A DNA stretch of 64,000 nucleotides. Source: Rhodobacterales bacterium (GTDB lineage: Bacteria > Pseudomonadota > Alphaproteobacteria > Rhodobacterales > Rhodobacteraceae). Under the pieces are notes generated by a model. It saw only the letters and a list, made by a program, of their open reading frames with translations, had not been told where the DNA came from and did no database searches. Of the stretch, positions 29,348 to 38,619 are shown one piece after another. The position numbers and the translations under genes are program-made. The number at the start of each line of letters is the position of its first letter. The stretch's first letter is position 1. The stretch covers positions 9,927 through 73,926 of the forward strand of contig JAJNPS010000016.1 in NCBI GenBank assembly GCA_021155205.1. The letters run 5' to 3'.

Positions 29348-29437
29348 ATGGCACTCCACGGGGTCCGAGCGACCTGCCCTAGCGCGAGTCGGCAGGCAGC
29401 GTAAAGGGTGCGACGCGGCGGTCAAGCACTGCGCGGG

Positions 29438-30817
29438 CTACCTGCCCGTCAGCCAGTTGCCAAGCCGGGCCAGACGCGAGGGCGGTCCGTGATGGCGGGC
29501 CTCGCGCGCGTCGGCGGCCCGCAGCAGGGCGTACATGCCGTGGACGCCCAGCCACCGCAGCGGTTCCGGTTCCCAGGCGCGCACCCTGCGATTGACCCAC
29601 GGCAGGCGTGTCAGGTCGGTGTCGCGGCGCAAGGCAAGGTCGGCCAGCGTCCGTCCCGCGAGGTTCGAAGTGGAGACCCCGACGCCTACGTAACCGCCCG
29701 CCCAGCCGACGCCGGTCGACTGGTTCAGGCCAACCGTCGCGCACCAGTCGCGCGGCACACCCAGAACCCCGCACCAGGCATGGTCGATTGGGACACGGTG
29801 CGCTGCAGGAAAATGGCGGTGCAGGATGCCGGTCAGCATGCGGATCGTCTCGGCGTCTGGCGCGCCGTTGGCGTCGATGGCCGATCCGTACTTGTAGGGC
29901 ATCCCCCGTGCGCCGACGGCGATCCGCCCCTCGCGGGTCCGCTGACAGTAGCAATAGGCATTGGCAAAGTCGCCAAGTATCTCGTGACCCTGCCAACCGA
30001 TCCGGTCCCAGACCTCGGGCGGTAGGGGTTGGGTGACAATCTGCGCGGAGTTCATCGGCAGCCACTCCCGCCTGAGACCGGGCAGGGTCGCGGTAAAGCC
30101 TTCGGTGCAGCGCAGGATGGTTTTGGCGTTGATAGAGCCTTTGTCAGTAGCAACGCGGCCCTTGGAAATGCCCGTGACCATGGTGCCTTCGGCGATCCGG
30201 ACGCCCTGGCGCTCGACCATGGCTGCGAGTCCCCGCACCAGTTTGGCGGGCTGTATCCGTGCCACGCCCGACACGATCATGCCGCCCATTGCGCCCGGGA
30301 TACGGACCCTTGCCAGAGTTTCTTCGGCACTGATCTGGCGCACGCGGTGTTCTTCGCCCCAGTGGCGGCGATGAGTAACTTCGGCCGTCAGGCGCGCCAG
30401 TTGCGCGGGCGAAGTCGCCACCACCAGCTCATCCGTGCGCAGGATGTCGGCGTCGATGCCGGCACCTTCGGCGACGCGGATCACCTCGTCCACGGTGCCG
30501 TTCATGGCGTGGACCATGGCACGGACCTGCGCCTCGGACGATGATTTCAGATAGCGGCTGTGGTTCCAGGCGAAACCGCCTGTCAGCCAGCCGCCGTTTC
30601 GACCCGAGGCGCCGAAACCGGCAAAATCCTTTTCCACGATCAGCACGTCGAGGTCTGGCGCCGCTGCCTTGAGGTAATGCGCTGTCCAAAGGCCGGTGTA
30701 GCCCGCGCCGATGATGCAGATATCGGCCGTGGTATCGCCCGACAACGGTGCCCGTCGGAATGGCAGTCCGATATCGGCATACCAGAACGACACATTGCCG
30801 ACGGATTTCGGCGTCAT
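29438..30817 (-). CDS. FAD-dependent oxidoreductase (DAO family, gamma-glutamylputrescine-oxidase-like)
   Basis: Rossmann dinucleotide motif DICIIGAGYTGLWTAHYL and the overall DAO-family length (459 aa). Confidence 0.8.
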   Translation of the reverse strand: MTPKSVGNVSFWYADIGLPFRRAPLSGDTTADICIIGAGYTGLWTAHYLKAAAPDLDVLIVEKDFAGFGASGRNGGWLTGGFAWNHSRYLKSSSEAQVRAMVHAMNGTVDEVIRVAEGAGIDADILRTDELVVATSPAQLARLTAEVTHRRHWGEEHRVRQISAEETLARVRIPGAMGGMIVSGVARIQPAKLVRGLAAMVERQGVRIAEGTMVTGISKGRVATDKGSINAKTILRCTEGFTATLPGLRREWLPMNSAQIVTQPLPPEVWDRIGWQGHEILGDFANAYCYCQRTREGRIAVGARGMPYKYGSAIDANGAPDAETIRMLTGILHRHFPAAHRVPIDHAWCGVLGVPRDWCATVGLNQSTGVGWAGGYVGVGVSTSNLAGRTLADLALRRDTDLTRLPWVNRRVRAWEPEPLRWLGVHGMYALLRAADAREARHHGPPSRLARLGNWLTGR

Positions 30818-30823
30818 CGGATT

Positions 30824-31561
30824 TCAGACATTCGACCAGCCGCCGTCGATCACATGCGTCGTGCCTGTGGTAAAGCCTGCCGCGTCCGAGGCAAGATAGA
30901 CCACCAGTTCGGCCACCTCTTCGGGCTGACCGATCCGTCCCATCGGCTGGCGCGCGATGAATGCCTTGCGCGCGGCATCGAAATCGCCCGTCGCGCGCAT
31001 CCGGTCGTTCAGCGACGGGCTTTCGATGGTGCCGGGACAAATTGCGTTGCAGCGGATGCCTTTCGTCACGAAATCCGCCGCAATGGCCTTTGTCAGGCCG
31101 ATCACGCCGGCCTTGGTCACGCCATAGACAAAGCGGTTGGGGGCCGCGATGGTCGACGACACCACCGAGGCCATGTTGATGATCGACCCGCCGCCATGGT
31201 CCACCATTGCCGGCAGAAAGGCACGGCACATCCGGTACATCGCGGTCACATTCAATTCGACCGACAGCGCCCATTGATCCTCGTCGCAATCGAGGATGGT
31301 TCCGTTGGCGACAAAGCCCGCACAGTTGAACAGGATATCGACCGCACCGATATCGGCGGCCGCCGCCAGGATCGCCGCAGGATCGCGCACGCTCAGGTGC
31401 CGCGTGCCGAGACCCTCGGCGGCAAGGGCGGCAAGCGCCACGTCATTGACGTCGGTGGCAATGACACGCGCGCCTTCCCGCGCCATCGCCAGGGCCGAGG
31501 CCTTGCCGATGCCCTGACCGGCGGCGGTCACAAGTGCAGTCTTTCCCGTCAGTCGTCCCAT
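30824..31561 (-). CDS. Short-chain dehydrogenase/reductase (SDR)
   Basis: 245 aa from the ATG at 31561 (MGRLTGKTALVTAAGQGIGKA). TGxxxGIG cofactor motif and catalytic YGVTKAG. The ORF-track 359-aa version is an upstream extension. Confidence 0.88.
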   Translation of the reverse strand: MGRLTGKTALVTAAGQGIGKASALAMAREGARVIATDVNDVALAALAAEGLGTRHLSVRDPAAILAAAADIGAVDILFNCAGFVANGTILDCDEDQWALSVELNVTAMYRMCRAFLPAMVDHGGGSIINMASVVSSTIAAPNRFVYGVTKAGVIGLTKAIAADFVTKGIRCNAICPGTIESPSLNDRMRATGDFDAARKAFIARQPMGRIGQPEEVAELVVYLASDAAGFTTGTTHVIDGGWSNV

Positions 31562-31744
31562 CGTGGCCACCCCTTTGGCAAATCGGCATTGTCGTTTGCA
31601 GGCTAAAGCCTTTGTCTCCGGGCGAAAAGGGCGTTCGGGGCGGGGTTCATGGGTGAACATCCCCTGTGCAGGACCACCCCCCTTCTGTGCATGGACATGG
31701 CGGACTATGTAGGGTGTGCAATCTTGATGGCGGGACCGCGACAG

Positions 31745-32791
31745 ATGAACCAGATCGACCTTGGCCTTGATACCTTTGGTGACGTGACACAGGCGCCGGA
31801 CGGAACGCTGAAACCGATGGATCAGGTCCTGCGCGACGTGGTCGAAGAGGGCGTCGTTGCCGACCAGGCCGGGGTCCACTTCCTGGGGCTTGGCGAACAT
31901 CACCGTTCCGACTTTGCCGTGTCCGCGCCAGAGGTCGTGCTGGCGGCCATCGCGGCCAGAACCGGACGCATCCGGCTGGGGACCGCCGTGACGGTGCTGT
32001 CCACCGACGATCCAATCAGGGTTTTCCAGCGCTTTTCGACATTGAATGCCATTTCGAACGGTCGCGCCGAGGTGATCCTGGGACGCGGATCCTTTACCGA
32101 AAGCTATCCGCTATTCGGTCACGCGCTGGATGACTACGAACTGCTGTTCGAGGAAAAGCTGGATATCTTCGCCAGACTGGTGCGCGCGCCCAGCCTGACA
32201 TGGTCGGGCAAGCACCGCGCGGCGCTGGCCGACCAGACCGTCTATCCACCCCTGGCCCCGTCCGGGCTGACCACCTGGGTCGGCGTCGGCGGCAGCCCGG
32301 AATCGGTCGTCCGCGTGGTGCGGCAGGATTTGCAGCTGATGCTGGCGATCATCGGTGGCGATCCCGCGCGGTTCGTGCCTTACGTCGACCTGTACCACCG
32401 GGCGGTCGCGCAGCTTGGCCGCAAGGCACGTCCCGTCGGGGTGCATTCTCCGGGCCACATTGCCCGCACCGACGAGGCGGCGCGCGAGGCGATGTGGCCG
32501 CATTACCGCGACATGTTCGGGCGCATCGGGCGCGAGCGCGGCTGGCCGCCCGTGACCAAGGACAAGTATCTGGCCGAGGTGGAGCATGGCTCGCTATATG
32601 TCGGTTCGCCCGAAACCGTGGCGCGCAAGATTGCCGGGGCGGTGACAACGCTGGGCGTGCAGCGGTTCGATCTGAAATATTCCACCGGCCCGATGCCGCA
32701 TGGCGAACTGCTGGACTCCATCGGGCTTTACGGCTCGCGCGTGATCCCGATGGTCAAGGAGATGGTCGCTGATCATACGGTGTCGGTCTGA
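31745..32791 (+). CDS. Luciferase-like (LLM-class) flavin-dependent oxidoreductase
   Basis: 348 aa from the ATG at 31745 (MNQIDLGLDTFGDV...). Typical LLM segments LGLGEHH and RIRLGTAVTVLSTDDP. Confidence 0.8.
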   Translation: MNQIDLGLDTFGDVTQAPDGTLKPMDQVLRDVVEEGVVADQAGVHFLGLGEHHRSDFAVSAPEVVLAAIAARTGRIRLGTAVTVLSTDDPIRVFQRFSTLNAISNGRAEVILGRGSFTESYPLFGHALDDYELLFEEKLDIFARLVRAPSLTWSGKHRAALADQTVYPPLAPSGLTTWVGVGGSPESVVRVVRQDLQLMLAIIGGDPARFVPYVDLYHRAVAQLGRKARPVGVHSPGHIARTDEAAREAMWPHYRDMFGRIGRERGWPPVTKDKYLAEVEHGSLYVGSPETVARKIAGAVTTLGVQRFDLKYSTGPMPHGELLDSIGLYGSRVIPMVKEMVADHTVSV

Positions 32792-32796
32792 ACGAC

Positions 32797-32830
32797 AAAG
32801 GCCCCGGGCGATGCCGGGGCCTTTCTTTTT
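32797..32830. terminator. Bidirectional rho-independent terminator
   Basis: AAAGGCCCCGG (32797-32807) pairs with CCGGGGCCTTT (32814-32824) around a 6-nt loop, followed by CTTTTT. A-run on one side and T-run on the other. It lies between convergent genes ending at 32791 and 32843. Confidence 0.85.
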
Positions 32831-32842
32831 GGTCGTCGCATG

Positions 32843-34357
32843 TTACTGCAGACGCTGCCCGTTGGCATAAAGCCCCTTGTCCTTGAACTCGATCGTGGAC
32901 ACCAGCGTATCAGGTGCGGCGCCAGGCTTGGCGAACATCGCCAGCATCATCCGCGCGCCCATGACCTGATCTTCGGGGATCACGCCCATGGCAACCAGCG
33001 TGTCGAGCAGGGCGTTGATGCCGGTCAGCGTCACCTCAACCGTGCCGGTCGGCGCAGGAACCCCCTGAAAGGTGGTCAGGTCGGTGTTGTCAAAGGTCAG
33101 CGCGCCCTTGCCATCCACCTCGGCACCCGCAAGTTTCAGCCGCAGTTCGGTCAGGTCCAGCGAGTTCAGCTCTCCGGGAAATGCGTTCTGGATCGCTGCG
33201 GTAGCCGCCGGGTCCATGATGTCTGCCGTCAGTCTTGCGGTGCCCTTGGTGTCGATGATCAGCGTGGCGGGATCGCGGGGCAACTGGCCCATCGGATCGA
33301 ACAAGGCCCAGATGTCATCCGACAGCTTCAGGTCGACGATCTTGGTCAGATAGGAAAAATTCTGCGGTGTGTCCGACTTTGACACCGGCATCAAAAGGTT
33401 GAACGCAAACTCGGCAAAGCCCAGATTGACCTGCGGCATCGGGATTGCGCTGCCGGTGATGGTGTAGTCGGCGGCCTTCATCCCGATGGCATAGGTCAGT
33501 TGCGCCTTGTCGAGGCCAAAGTCGATATTGCCACCGTCCATGGTGCCCGTGACCTTGGTCTGCGATCCGGCATCGTCGACATTCACGTCAAAACTGGTCT
33601 TGCCGTAGGACATGCCACCATCGCTGGCAAAGCCCGCGTTCAGGGCACCGGCCATGTTGGCCATCATGTCGGCCCCCAGAAAGGTGCCCCTGGTGGTTCC
33701 CTTCAGATCCGCGATGTTGACATTCACGGCAAAGGTCGAGGCATCTTCGGTGCCGTTCCCGGTAAACACCGCCGAAGTCGCGGCAAAAGACGAGTCCAGC
33801 TTTTTCGCGCCGACCGGACCCGCCATCATGTAGCGCCCGCTGACCCCGGCCAGTTTGGCGTCGAACTTGACGTTCACCGGCCCCTTGGCATTCGCCACTT
33901 CGGTCACGTCGATACCGATGGTGGGCGCGGTAAAGTCATAGGATGTATCGGTGGCGTTGCCGCCCGCGGTCATCAGCATGCCGGGCTGGCTGACGGTGAG
34001 CTTGAGCGTCGTCGCACCGCCGCTGGCCGTTCCGTCGGGCGGTATGGTCATACTGACCGGATAGCTTTCGGGCAGCGTCACCTCGACCGTGCCGGTGCCG
34101 GTGTCGCGAAACCGGATGGTGCCGATCTGGCTTTGTGCAACCAGCCCCGACGGATCATTGATCGCCAGCGCCAGCCCCTCGACGACCAGCGTGTCGCCCT
34201 GGCGCGCCTCGCTTGTCGTCGTTATGGTCTGCCCGACGCTTGCTGACATCGCTTTCCACGATTGCCAGACTTCTTCTGCCGTGACCTGGGCCATCGCACC
34301 CGACGCGCCGAATACCAGCGCGAGCGCGGTGCTGCCCGCGAAAATGAACTTTGCCAT
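32843..34357 (-). CDS. Secreted protein of unknown function (504 aa; possibly DUF2125 family)
   Basis: Signal peptide MAKFIFAGSTALALVFGASGAMA/Q. A long Thr/Gly/Ala/Asp-rich body looks beta-rich. The N-terminal pattern VTAEEVWQSWKAM...GDTLVVEGL resembles Rhodobacterales DUF2125 proteins from memory. Confidence 0.6.
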   Translation of the reverse strand: MAKFIFAGSTALALVFGASGAMAQVTAEEVWQSWKAMSASVGQTITTTSEARQGDTLVVEGLALAINDPSGLVAQSQIGTIRFRDTGTGTVEVTLPESYPVSMTIPPDGTASGGATTLKLTVSQPGMLMTAGGNATDTSYDFTAPTIGIDVTEVANAKGPVNVKFDAKLAGVSGRYMMAGPVGAKKLDSSFAATSAVFTGNGTEDASTFAVNVNIADLKGTTRGTFLGADMMANMAGALNAGFASDGGMSYGKTSFDVNVDDAGSQTKVTGTMDGGNIDFGLDKAQLTYAIGMKAADYTITGSAIPMPQVNLGFAEFAFNLLMPVSKSDTPQNFSYLTKIVDLKLSDDIWALFDPMGQLPRDPATLIIDTKGTARLTADIMDPAATAAIQNAFPGELNSLDLTELRLKLAGAEVDGKGALTFDNTDLTTFQGVPAPTGTVEVTLTGINALLDTLVAMGVIPEDQVMGARMMLAMFAKPGAAPDTLVSTIEFKDKGLYANGQRLQ

Positions 34358-34462
34358 GGGGACACCTTGTTGACTGACTGCTGGCCGGGATGGTCACTGC
34401 GCCGATGGGTTTGGTCAAGGGCTTTGCAGGCATCGACCGCGGTGGACAACGCGATTGTCATA

Positions 34463-34535
34463 GCGCGCGCAGGGGCAGTCCGGTTCGGTGGCGCAACCGG
34501 CAAAGGCATTTCGCAGAAATGTGTCTGGCGCGCGC
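34463..34535 (+). promoter_or_regulatory. Candidate structured 5' leader (three-helix element) upstream of the ABC-transporter operon
   Basis: P1: GCGCGCGCAG (34463-34472) pairs with CTG-G-CGCGCGC (34525-34535), 10 bp with one bulged G. P2: CCGGTT (34480-34485) pairs with AACCGG (34495-34500). P3: CATTTC (34507-34512) pairs with GAAATG (34516-34521). The element ends 76 nt before the ATG at 34611. Confidence 0.35.
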
Positions 34536-34610
34536 CGCTTTGCTGGGGCAAGCATCGCCGACACGCAGAGCGCCGCGCAAATGGTGTTGCAGCAAAAGCA
34601 GGAAGCCGGA

Positions 34611-35837
34611 ATGAAACCGATGACACCCGCCCTGGCCCTTGCCGTGACACTTGCCGCGTTTCCGGTGGGGGCCGAGACAACACAGGATGCCGCCCTTAAA
34701 GCGATGTCTTGGGACCAGATCGTCGATACGGCCAGGGGCGCGACGGTCAACATGTTCATGTGGGGCGGTGCCGACAACATCAATGCCTATGTCAGCCAGA
34801 CCATCGGCGAGATCCTGAAGGCAGAGTACGGGATCACCCTGAACCGAGTGGCCTTGACCGACACCGCCGAGGCCGTGGCCATCGTGCGGGGCGAAAAAGA
34901 GGCCGGCATTGTCGAGACCGGGGCCGTCGACCTGATCTGGATCAACGGCGAGAACTTTCGCACCATGAAGGAGGCCGGTCTTGCCTTCTGCGGCTATACT
35001 GATGCGATGCCAAACAACGCACTGATCAATTGGGGCAATCCGGCCATCGCGAACGATTTCGGCGTCCCCGTCGATGGCTGCGAGGTGCCCTGGTCAAGGG
35101 CGCAGTTCGCCTTTGCCTATGATGCCGCCCGCACGCCGGAACCGCCACGGTCGATCCCGGACCTGATCACCTGGATCAAGGCCAACCCCGGGCAGTTCAC
35201 CTATCCCGCGCCCCCCGACTTCAACGGATCGGTGTTTGTGCGGCACGTGTTCTACGCGGTCGCCGGAGGTCCGGATGCGCTGCTCGGGCCGTTCGACCAG
35301 GCCCGCTTTGACGAGGTCTCGACCAAGACCTGGGCGCTTTTGAACGAGTTGGAACCCTTTCTCTGGCGCGGGGGGCAGACCTATCCGAACACCGTGGTCC
35401 AGATGAACGACCTGTTCGCGAATGGCGAGGTGGCGCTGACGTTCAACTATGACCCCGCGCAGTTCGGGATCGCGGTGCAGAACGGTCTTTTCGCCGACAC
35501 CACGCGATCCTACGGGCTGACCGATGGGACGATCGGCAATACGAACTATACTGTCATCCCGTTCAATTCGCCTAACAAGGCGGCGGCGATGGTGGTGCAG
35601 AACGTGCTGTTGTCGGCTGAGGCGCAGTACCAAAAGGCGCTGCCCGATGTCTGGGGCGCGCAGCCGGCCATCGAGATCGACCGCGTTTCCGCCGACATGC
35701 AGGCAAAGTTCGCGGCCATCCCGGCGCATCCGTCCGTGGTTTCGGCGACCGAGCTTGGTCGGAACGCGCTGCCTGAACTGCAAGCGGACTGGATTTCTGC
35801 GATCGAACAGGGTTGGATCGCGAATGTCGGCGAATAG
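34611..35837 (+). CDS. ABC transporter periplasmic substrate-binding protein (YnjB-like)
   Basis: 408 aa from the ATG at 34611. Signal peptide MKPMTPALALAVTLAAFPVGA/E. Followed by two permeases and an ATPase. The NMFMWGGADNINAYV segment resembles the YnjB family from memory. Confidence 0.8.
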   Translation: MKPMTPALALAVTLAAFPVGAETTQDAALKAMSWDQIVDTARGATVNMFMWGGADNINAYVSQTIGEILKAEYGITLNRVALTDTAEAVAIVRGEKEAGIVETGAVDLIWINGENFRTMKEAGLAFCGYTDAMPNNALINWGNPAIANDFGVPVDGCEVPWSRAQFAFAYDAARTPEPPRSIPDLITWIKANPGQFTYPAPPDFNGSVFVRHVFYAVAGGPDALLGPFDQARFDEVSTKTWALLNELEPFLWRGGQTYPNTVVQMNDLFANGEVALTFNYDPAQFGIAVQNGLFADTTRSYGLTDGTIGNTNYTVIPFNSPNKAAAMVVQNVLLSAEAQYQKALPDVWGAQPAIEIDRVSADMQAKFAAIPAHPSVVSATELGRNALPELQADWISAIEQGWIANVGE

Positions 35838-35897
35838 GGGCGGATCATCGGCACGACCCTGACCCGACGCGGCAAGGGCGGAGGCATTTCTCGGAAC

Positions 35898-36755
35898 GTG
35901 TCAGACCGCAAGATCATCCTGATGCTGGCCCCGGCGCTGATCGTGCTGGGCGGGCTGTGCCTTGGCGCACTGGCAGTTGTGATCCTCCGGTCGCTGTGGG
36001 TGCAGGACGCCAGCGGCGGCTGGTCGTTTGGCCTTGACGCCTATCGGGCCGTGCTGGGGCAACCGCAGTTTCTCGCATCCCTCGGGTTCAGTCTTTACAT
36101 CGCGGTTGCGGCCACGGCACTTGCCACGATGATCGCAATCGGTGCGGCGCTGCTGCTGCGCCGGCCGTTCGTTGGGCGCGGGGTCCTGGCGTTCATGTTC
36201 CAGCTGACCCTGACGCTGCCGCACCTGATCGGGGCGCTGGGCATCCTTTACCTTTTGTCGCAATCGGGACTTGTGGCGAGGTTGTCCTATGGCGTCGGCC
36301 TGATCGACGGGCCAGCGGGGTTTCCGGTCCTTGTCTATGACCGCCTGGGGGTTGGCATCATCCTGCAGTATGTCTGGAAAGAGGTGCCGTTCATCACGCT
36401 GATCCTGCTGGCGCAGATGCAGGCGCTGGGCGAAGACTACGAAAGTGTGGCGCGGTCCCTGGGCGCAAGCCGATGGCAAGGCTTTCGTCACGTGCTGTTT
36501 CCGATGATCCTGCCCGGCGTTCTTGCGGCGTCCGTGCTGGTCTTCGCCTTTACCCTTGGCGCCTATGAGGTGCCGCTGATCCTGGGGCCGAACGCGCCCG
36601 CAACGCTGCCGGTGCTGGCCTACCGCAAATTCACCGATGTCGATCTGGCCGGCCGGGCCGAGGCCATGGCCCTTGCGGTGGTGATCGCGGCAATCGGCGC
36701 CAGCCTGATCGGCCTTTACGTCATGGCCACACGCCGCCGCGGCGGAGCCCATTGA
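35898..36755 (+). CDS. ABC transporter permease
   Basis: GTG start, six hydrophobic segments, and an EAA-type loop (ARSLGASRWQGFRHVLFPMILPG). Confidence 0.88.
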   Translation: MSDRKIILMLAPALIVLGGLCLGALAVVILRSLWVQDASGGWSFGLDAYRAVLGQPQFLASLGFSLYIAVAATALATMIAIGAALLLRRPFVGRGVLAFMFQLTLTLPHLIGALGILYLLSQSGLVARLSYGVGLIDGPAGFPVLVYDRLGVGIILQYVWKEVPFITLILLAQMQALGEDYESVARSLGASRWQGFRHVLFPMILPGVLAASVLVFAFTLGAYEVPLILGPNAPATLPVLAYRKFTDVDLAGRAEAMALAVVIAAIGASLIGLYVMATRRRGGAH

Positions 36756-36757
36756 CG

Positions 36758-37564
36758 ATGCGCGGGCGGTTCTTGCACGGGGTGGCGCCGTGGGGCCTGC
36801 TGCTCTGGTCGGTCCTGCCGCTGGTACCGCTGCTGATCTGGTCGGTCGCGCGCGGCTGGCGCTATCCGGACATTCTGCCCGCAGAATTCTCGGTCGCAGC
36901 CTGGAAATTCGCATTGTCCGATGCTTCGGGGGTGCTGGCCAGCCTGGGCGTCACGGCGGGCATCGCGCTTGCCTCAACCCTGGCGGCGCTGGTCATCGGG
37001 CTTCCGGCTGCGCGGGTGCTTGGAGGTCGCACATTCCGTGGAAAACTGCTGGTGCAGACCCTTTTTCTGGTGCCTGTGCTGATGCCGGGGATCGCCGTTG
37101 CCCTGGGGCTGCATGGCGTTTTTCTGAAGCTGGGGCTGACGAACGGGGTCGCGGGGGTGGTGCTGGTGCATGTGGTGCCCACGCTGCCCTACATGATCGT
37201 GATCCTCGCGGGGGTGTTCGCCGGTTATGATGCGGACCACGAGGATCAGGCGCGCAGCCTTGGTGCTGCGCCCCGGCAGGTGTTCTGGCATGTCACGCTG
37301 CCCGCGATACTGCCCGGCGTGCTGGCGGCAAGCCTGTTCACATTCCTGATCTCGTGGGGCCAGTTTCTGCTGACGCTGATGATCGGCGGCGGTCGGGTGA
37401 CGACGCTGCCGCTGCTGCTTTTCGGATTTGCGACGTCTGGGCGCAATGATCTGGCCGGCGCGATCAGCCTGATCTACATCCTGCCGGGTCTCATCGCGGT
37501 GATCGCCACTGCGCGATACATCTCGGGCCGGTCGGCGACCGTTGCCGCGTTGGGCCGTGCATGA
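36758..37564 (+). CDS. ABC transporter permease
   Basis: EAA-type loop ARSLGAAPRQVFWHVTLPAILPG. ATG 36758, or TTG 36752 which overlaps the preceding stop. Confidence 0.88.
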   Translation: MRGRFLHGVAPWGLLLWSVLPLVPLLIWSVARGWRYPDILPAEFSVAAWKFALSDASGVLASLGVTAGIALASTLAALVIGLPAARVLGGRTFRGKLLVQTLFLVPVLMPGIAVALGLHGVFLKLGLTNGVAGVVLVHVVPTLPYMIVILAGVFAGYDADHEDQARSLGAAPRQVFWHVTLPAILPGVLAASLFTFLISWGQFLLTLMIGGGRVTTLPLLLFGFATSGRNDLAGAISLIYILPGLIAVIATARYISGRSATVAALGRA

Positions 37565-38619
37565 CCGCACTGGACACACGCGGGCTGACCAAGCTTTATC
37601 CCGGCGCGGCGCGGCCAGCGGTCGATGCGCTGACATTCGCGGTCAAAAGCGGCTCAGTCACGGCAATTCTGGGGCCATCGGGTTGCGGAAAAACGACCGT
37701 GATGAAGCTGATTGCAGGGCTTGTTGACCCGACAGCGGGGGATGTGCTGTTTGACGGGCGGTCCGTCATCGGTCTTGCTGCGGAAAAGCGGGGCGCCGTC
37801 ATGGTGTTCCAGCAGCACCTCTTGTTTCCGCATCTGGATGTTGCCGGCAATGTCGGGTTTGGCCTGCGCATGCGCGGCGTGCCGCAGGCAGAGATTGCAG
37901 GGCGCGTCGACAGGATGCTGGCGATGGTCCAGCTTTCGGGTCTGGGCGGCCGTCGTCCTGCGGCCCTGTCGGGTGGGCAGCAGCAACGCGTCGCGCTGGC
38001 CCGCGCGCTGGTCGTGCGGCCCAAGCTGATGTTGCTGGACGAACCATTGTCCAACCTCGATGCGCATCTTCGGGTCGAGATGCGCGATCTGATCCTTTCA
38101 TTGCAGCGCGAAACCGGGGTCACGACGCTGTTCGTGACGCATGACCAGGCCGAGGCGGCGATCGTCGCCAATGACATCGCGCTGATGCTTGACGGCAAGC
38201 TTGCGCAGTTCGGGCCTGCCGAGAGTCTGTTTCAGCGTCCCGCGACCCTTGCCGTCGCGCGATTTTTCGGATTGCGGAACGTGCTGCCCGGGACCGTCAT
38301 GGGCGGCAGGTTTGATAGTGCGCTGGGACCCTTGCGTCACCTGTCCGGCCATTCCGTCGGTCCGGCGACGATGGTACTTCGACCTGATGCCATCGTCATC
38401 GGGGCCGGGGCGGACAACACGCTGGAGGCCATTCTGCAAGATCGCATCTACATGGGGACCCAGACCAGCCTTCGGCTGCGCATCGGGTCGCAGCTGCTTG
38501 AGGCGCTTGTGCCGCCGGATCAAGCGGCTGGGCTGGTGGTCGGGGGTCAGTTGCAGATCCACGTGCCGCCTGCATCGATCTGGCTGCTGCCGCCCGAAAC
38601 GGGTGCCCGCAATGGTTGA
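37561..38619 (+). CDS. ABC transporter ATP-binding protein
   Basis: Walker A GPSGCGKTT, signature LSGGQQQRVALARAL, Walker B LMLLDEPLS, plus a C-terminal TOBE-like extension. ATGA overlap with the permease. Confidence 0.93.
   Translation: MTALDTRGLTKLYPGAARPAVDALTFAVKSGSVTAILGPSGCGKTTVMKLIAGLVDPTAGDVLFDGRSVIGLAAEKRGAVMVFQQHLLFPHLDVAGNVGFGLRMRGVPQAEIAGRVDRMLAMVQLSGLGGRRPAALSGGQQQRVALARALVVRPKLMLLDEPLSNLDAHLRVEMRDLILSLQRETGVTTLFVTHDQAEAAIVANDIALMLDGKLAQFGPAESLFQRPATLAVARFFGLRNVLPGTVMGGRFDSALGPLRHLSGHSVGPATMVLRPDAIVIGAGADNTLEAILQDRIYMGTQTSLRLRIGSQLLEALVPPDQAAGLVVGGQLQIHVPPASIWLLPPETGARNG

Noticed and set aside
34358-34610. Assignment of the ABC-transporter leader to a known riboswitch class (TPP, cobalamin, SAM-II, ZTP, guanidine)
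   Set aside because: None of the conserved cores is visible by eye (CUGAGA/ACCUGAUCUGGAUAAUGCCAGCG for TPP, the GCCACUG B12 box, and so on). It is kept only as an unclassified structured-leader candidate.
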